Source of the DNA: Candidatus Latescibacterota bacterium
Lineage (GTDB): Bacteria > Latescibacterota > UBA2968
Assembly (NCBI GenBank): GCA_965116885.1
Contig: OZ220741.1
Coordinates: 4,736,001 to 4,800,000, forward strand
Direction: 5' to 3'
Length of the DNA stretch: 64,000 nt
In this document: positions 59,755 to 64,000 of the stretch, in pieces
Layout: the number at the start of each line of letters is the position of its first letter
How positions within the stretch are numbered: position 1 is the stretch's first letter
Notes under the pieces: model-generated
Told to the model about the DNA's origin: nothing
The model's database searches: none
What the model saw: only the letters and a program-made list of their open reading frames with translations
Program-made: the position numbers and the translations under genes

Positions 59755-60966
59755 ATGAAATATCAAACCACCGAGCAGGCAGAGTGGAGATATTGGGTGA
59801 CCCCAAAAGATGCCAAAGAGAAGGCAGTCCACCGTTGGTATCTATTTCCCCATAGCTTCACCGATAATCTCGTACACGCGCTGATTGATGAATGGGGCCT
59901 TAACGGCCAAGATAGGATCCTTGATCCCTTCGTGGGGACAGGTACAACGCTATTGGCCGCCAAGGAAATGGGCGTTCCTGGCAATGGCTATGACCTTTCC
60001 CCTCTCGCCGTTCTTGCATCTAATACCAAGACCGCTACTTTCTCCCGAAAGCGGTTGGAAGCAGCATGGCAAACTCTCGAACGCACATTGATATGCAGCA
60101 ATACACCCCTGAACCGCGTCTATCCGGAACTGGTTCAAAAGGCACTCCCAGAGGGCCGGCTTGAAGCTCTTAATGCAGTCGCGACAAGTATTGAGAGTCT
60201 CGAATGTTCGTCCACGGAACGGGATTTCTTCCGATTGGCGTTGCTTTCTATCATACCACGTTTCAGCCATGCGGTCGCAACTGGAGGTTGGCTGAGGTGG
60301 TTGAATCAAGGTGCTAGTGCCGAGAACGTTACGGTTTTTTTTAAAGAACAAGTTGAGATGATGTTGTCGGATATCTGTGACGCAGTCCCCCAAAGAGATG
60401 GATATTGGGAAACCCATGTCGCGGATGCGCGTGTCATGCCTGCAAACGATGCGGAATACTCAGCCGTGATTACTTCACCACCGTACCCAAATCGTCACGA
60501 CTACACGCGAATTTTTGGGGTCGAATTGATGTTTGCCTTTCTTGACTGGGAAGCCAATCGAGCACTTAGATACCAGACGTTTCATTCCCATCCAGAAGCT
60601 CGTCCGGATCGACCAGTAGCTAAAAGGTATAAACCCCCGAAGGCTTTGAACGGCAGTATCCGAGATCTACGAGACAAGCGTATGCAACGCATGCTGGAGG
60701 GATATTTCCTGGACATGTATTTATGTCTTTGCGAAGTTGCTCGTGTTTGTCGCAAAGGTGCTAAAGCAGCGTTCGTCGTAGGGAATGCACAATATGACGG
60801 TAAGGCTATCCTTGTTGATGAGTTCACGGCAGAGGTCGGGGAACAAGCGGGGCTCACCTGTGAGGAAATACGGGTAGTGCGGAGACGTGGAAATAGTGCA
60901 CAACAGATGGGGAAATATGGGCGAGTGGCGTCTCGAGAGAGTGTTGTCATATTTGAGAAGCCCTGA
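59755..60966 (+). CDS. DNA methyltransferase, alpha-class, probably N4-cytosine
   Basis: VHRWY, motif I ILDPFVGTGTT before motif IV VITSPPY; VVGN. Confidence 0.9.
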   Translation: MKYQTTEQAEWRYWVTPKDAKEKAVHRWYLFPHSFTDNLVHALIDEWGLNGQDRILDPFVGTGTTLLAAKEMGVPGNGYDLSPLAVLASNTKTATFSRKRLEAAWQTLERTLICSNTPLNRVYPELVQKALPEGRLEALNAVATSIESLECSSTERDFFRLALLSIIPRFSHAVATGGWLRWLNQGASAENVTVFFKEQVEMMLSDICDAVPQRDGYWETHVADARVMPANDAEYSAVITSPPYPNRHDYTRIFGVELMFAFLDWEANRALRYQTFHSHPEARPDRPVAKRYKPPKALNGSIRDLRDKRMQRMLEGYFLDMYLCLCEVARVCRKGAKAAFVVGNAQYDGKAILVDEFTAEVGEQAGLTCEEIRVVRRRGNSAQQMGKYGRVASRESVVIFEKP

Positions 60967-61008
60967 TAGTCAAATTAGAGTGACCAGTTGCGCCTCTGGA
61001 GGTAAGAG

Positions 61009-61251
61009 GTGTTCAAAGAACATGAACAAATCGTGCTCACTGCCGATGTAGTCGGCGATGAAGGAGAAGAACTGAAATCGGGTGATGCGGGCACCATCAT
61101 CCACATCCACCCAAATGAAGAAGCTCTTGTAGCGGAGTTCATGTCCCTTGATGGCGACACAGTGGCCATCGCGACAGTGTTACCGTCACAGGCACGCCCC
61201 GTGACTAACGCGGACCTCACACATGCCAGAACGGTTCCGGCTACTGTCTGA
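61009..61251 (+). CDS. DUF4926-like small protein
   Basis: FKEHEQIVL...LKSGDAGTIIHI...AEFMSLDGDTVAI; GTG after GGAGG. Confidence 0.75.
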   Translation: MFKEHEQIVLTADVVGDEGEELKSGDAGTIIHIHPNEEALVAEFMSLDGDTVAIATVLPSQARPVTNADLTHARTVPATV

Positions 61252-61268
61252 CCCTTGCATCGATTTCG

Positions 61269-61426
61269 GGGGCGTAATGGGGCGCAATAGAGGCACTATA
61301 GGGGCGCATTGGAAACGCCTGTGAGACTTCGGTTGGCTTATTCTGGCTTATTCTGGCTTATTCTGGCTTATTAGGGTCTCATTGGGGTCTTATTGGGGTC
61401 TTATTGGGGTCTTATTGGGGTCTTAT
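61269..61426. repeat. Compound 10/11-bp tandem repeats
   Basis: TGGCTTATTC about 4x (61334-61372); GGGGTCTTATT about 4x plus one variant (61373-61426); degenerate GGGGCG-AAT units before them. Confidence 0.85.
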
Positions 61427-61647
61427 CCGTTTCTCCACGGGCCGTACAGTCCCCGGCAAACGATATGTGATCAATGATGGATAGCTTGACTCAGGAGCTA
61501 TGACAAGCTGTGACGAACCATCACAGAATCGCGGAAAAAATGACCCCCCCGACTACTCCGTATAGGAGAGTGCTCGCCTGGAGCACTTGTCATCAGGGGG
61601 GAACCTTTTTATCCATTGGGCAGAATAAAACCTGAAGCAACAAATCT

Positions 61648-62394
61648 CTAAACCGCCATCGCCTCTTCTTTCAAATCATTCAACCCTTCAAACTCGCGCC
61701 AGATATCGGCCATAGCATCCGTGCTATTTTCTCTGGCATTGACGTGTCGGGGTCTGAAAATCACGGCATACCGGATATCGGGTGAATGATTTGGGCCTCC
61801 ATTGTGATACATCTGGTGATGGCAGATCACTGCATCGCCTGCCTCGCCCATAAACTGAATCGGACCATGCGGCAAATCGATATTGGGAATCCGGCGATTG
61901 GCCTTTGCCGTCTCCACATAATTGGGATCCTTTTGAAACGCCGCCTCATAAGCGCGATGAGACCCCGGCCAAAAACAGAAATTGCCCATATATGGTCGCG
62001 GAACATCGTGGACCAGAACCACCACCAGCAGCGTCATACCGCGACTCAGCAACCCATCTTTCAGCTTCCCGCCCAAATCCAGATGCCCTCGCGTCAGCGG
62101 ACGCTCCTCTGCATCGGGAAAATTGAGCTTCACATTACCTCCCTGCGGTGGAATCAACTTCCCCTCTCCCACAACTGACTCGCACAGACCCCAAAGCGGC
62201 GACTTATTAAATAAATCTGCAATCACCGGCTCATTGCTCAACCCCGGATTTCGTCCCTGTTGCATCACACGATAACGCATGTGATAATTAATAGCCCTGC
62301 GTGCCTGATCGGCCATCAACTTTGGCACAGCCCCTCGCACAAGCACATATCCCTCTTCGAAAAACTGCTGCTTTTGAGCTTTGGTCATTTGCAT
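61648..62394 (-). CDS. PhyH-family dioxygenase
   Basis: QFFEEGYV, GHLD, WPGSH, AGDAVICH, MYHNG, IRY. Confidence 0.88.
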   Translation of the reverse strand: MQMTKAQKQQFFEEGYVLVRGAVPKLMADQARRAINYHMRYRVMQQGRNPGLSNEPVIADLFNKSPLWGLCESVVGEGKLIPPQGGNVKLNFPDAEERPLTRGHLDLGGKLKDGLLSRGMTLLVVVLVHDVPRPYMGNFCFWPGSHRAYEAAFQKDPNYVETAKANRRIPNIDLPHGPIQFMGEAGDAVICHHQMYHNGGPNHSPDIRYAVIFRPRHVNARENSTDAMADIWREFEGLNDLKEEAMAV

Positions 62395-62403
62395 GGCAAC
62401 CTC

Positions 62404-63375
62404 CTATTCATAATCCAGCACAACCTTAATCGCCTCGTCGCGATGATCGATAAACAACTCAAACCCCTTTTGCACCTCTGTAAACGGCAAATGGTGTGTG
62501 ATAATCGGCGAGACATCGATACGTCCCTGTGCGATCATATCCATAGCCAGGGGATAATCATTCAGCGAATCTGGCCCCACAGAGCCGACCAGCGTCACAT
62601 TCTTACTGAAAAAAGCGCGATAATTAAACGCATACACATCGTCATCGGGCACGCCAAACGCCAGCACCGTGCCCAGGCGTTTGGTCAAATTCAGACACAA
62701 ATTGACCGTATCCTGATTGTGCCCCACAATCTCCACCACCAGATCGGCCATGCGTCCATCCGTAATATCTCTCACAACAGCCACCACATCTTCCCTATCG
62801 GGATTCACCACATGGGTCGCCCGCATCTTTTTGGCCGCCTCGACACGAAAATCGACCGTATCCACAGCCACAACGGTCTTCGCCCCCAAATTGCTCAACA
62901 AATGCGTCATCAACAAACCCATTGGCCCCTGCCCCACCACCACGGCGTCCTGATTGAGAATATTGCCCAACTTGCGACACGCCCAAATCACCGTCCCCAA
63001 AGGCTGTGACATCAACAATTCATCAAGCGGTTTATAATCCACGAGATGAACCCCTACTCTTTCACTCGAAATATAATATTCAGCCAACCCACCGATACCC
63101 GCCGTGGGCCGCGCCTGCACAAAATCCCCCGGTTGAAACCGATCCGACGACGACGCAACCACCGTACCAATACACTCGTGAATCGAAGTCCCGATATTCA
63201 TCGGATACACCGCGTCCGGTTGTTTCAATACAAACTTTGGCGAATCCGACCCACAAATCGCGGTCATATGCGCCTTAACCTTTATCGATCCCCCTGGAAA
63301 ATCCTCAATATTCGGCTCATCGGCCTCAAACATCTCAATCTGCCGATGAGCGACAACGTGTGCTGCTTTCACCAA
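62404..63375 (-). CDS. Zinc-binding (MDR) alcohol dehydrogenase
   Basis: ICGSD, IHECIG, VVGQGPMG, ITHHLP, AIKVV. Confidence 0.9.
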   Translation of the reverse strand: MVKAAHVVAHRQIEMFEADEPNIEDFPGGSIKVKAHMTAICGSDSPKFVLKQPDAVYPMNIGTSIHECIGTVVASSSDRFQPGDFVQARPTAGIGGLAEYYISSERVGVHLVDYKPLDELLMSQPLGTVIWACRKLGNILNQDAVVVGQGPMGLLMTHLLSNLGAKTVVAVDTVDFRVEAAKKMRATHVVNPDREDVVAVVRDITDGRMADLVVEIVGHNQDTVNLCLNLTKRLGTVLAFGVPDDDVYAFNYRAFFSKNVTLVGSVGPDSLNDYPLAMDMIAQGRIDVSPIITHHLPFTEVQKGFELFIDHRDEAIKVVLDYE

Positions 63376-63402
63376 TGCCTCCTTTAGAAACTTTTAGATC
63401 AG

Positions 63403-63430
63403 CGGGCGGGCACAGGGGCACCGCCCCTAC
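63403..63430. repeat. GTAG-type REP-like palindrome, copy 2
   Basis: Identical 28-mer to 1245-1272. Confidence 0.75.
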
Positions 63431-63457
63431 ATTGATTGCTATCGCCTATCCATCCCC

Positions 63458-64000
63458 TCAATCCGCCGCTTCAATCCGCGGAGCCTCTAACTCACTGCGC
63501 TTTCCCAACCAGATGAACACACCGCCAACGCCCAGTACAAAACCGCCCACAAACAGAATCCCCAGACGTCCAATCAGTGGATTGGGCAAAAAGACGAGCA
63601 TACAAATCACCCCGCCAATAACCGCAGCAAAACTACCGATAATTTTGAGCTGGCGCAAATCATTTGGTATGCCGATCTCTTTCTCAAAATCAACCGGAGT
63701 CAGCATGCGATCAAAAAAGTCCTGCGCTTGCCTCTTATAAACTTCCGGCGTGCGATTCCAGAACGGCATCGTCAACAAATAAACCACTATCCCCACGGCG
63801 AGATTGGTAAACACCTTCTGCTGAAATGACCAGGTCTCGCCAAAAAGCTCCGCGCTAAAAAAACCAATTGCCGATGGAATCAGCGTCACACACACCGTCA
63901 CAATCGCCGCCCAACTCGGCGACGTGCGAATAAACAATCCCATCAAAGCAGGCACAGCCATCGGCAACGCCAACAACGCGCCGATATTCAACATATGCTC
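63458..64000 (-). CDS. Sodium:solute symporter-like membrane protein, 3' part only
   Basis: Hydrophobic helices, PMAVPALMGLF, FFDRMLTPVDF; 5' end lies outside the window. Confidence 0.6.
   Translation of the reverse strand, partial: EHMLNIGALLALPMAVPALMGLFIRTSPSWAAIVTVCVTLIPSAIGFFSAELFGETWSFQQKVFTNLAVGIVVYLLTMPFWNRTPEVYKRQAQDFFDRMLTPVDFEKEIGIPNDLRQLKIIGSFAAVIGGVICMLVFLPNPLIGRLGILFVGGFVLGVGGVFIWLGKRSELEAPRIEAAD

Noticed and set aside
56750..60966. Canonical BREX, DISARM or type II R-M call
   Set aside because: No PglZ, PglX, BrxL, DrmAB helicases or recognisable REase motif.
53000..61260. Integron cassette array
   Set aside because: GTTAG occurs after some genes (56041, 56536), but I found no matching RYYYAAC/attC stems and no integrase; not excluded without IntegronFinder.
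61334..61426. Possible CRISPR array
   Set aside because: Units are 10-11 bp and head-to-tail with no spacers; no cas genes.

Overview
Bacterial chromosomal window, about 52-55% GC by eye, with a strongly C-rich + strand and most genes on the - strand. The gene content (many phytanoyl-CoA dioxygenases, two DUF6785-like membrane proteins, ASPIC/UnbV, GWxTD, a TonB receptor with a PorV-family barrel, sulfatase, Gfo/Idh/MocA) suggests a Latescibacterota/Gemmatimonadota/Poribacteria-type FCB organism; this is an inference. From left to right: (1) 1-10.5 kb, a - strand run of FG-GAP, ASPIC, TPR, DUF6785-like, octaheme cytochrome-HEAT-TPR and PhyH genes. (2) 10.8-21.4 kb, a GWxTD gene converging on an OMP / TonB receptor / T9SS-CTD-like protein / PorV-family operon with no SusD. 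(3) 21.4-52.6 kb, catabolic and accessory genes, including two small cassettes bounded by duplicated gene ends. (4) 52.7-61.6 kb, a lower-GC island: a foldback MITE-like element, HNH, an OLD-family nuclease, a DUF1016 pseudogene, and a tightly coupled four-gene operon (wHTH-like protein, P-loop ATPase, PIN, m4C methyltransferase) that is the best candidate for an undescribed anti-phage system. (5) 61.6-64 kb, PhyH, an MDR dehydrogenase and a partial symporter. No rRNA, tRNA, CRISPR array, integrase or transposase was recognised. All family assignments come from motif reading, not database searches.
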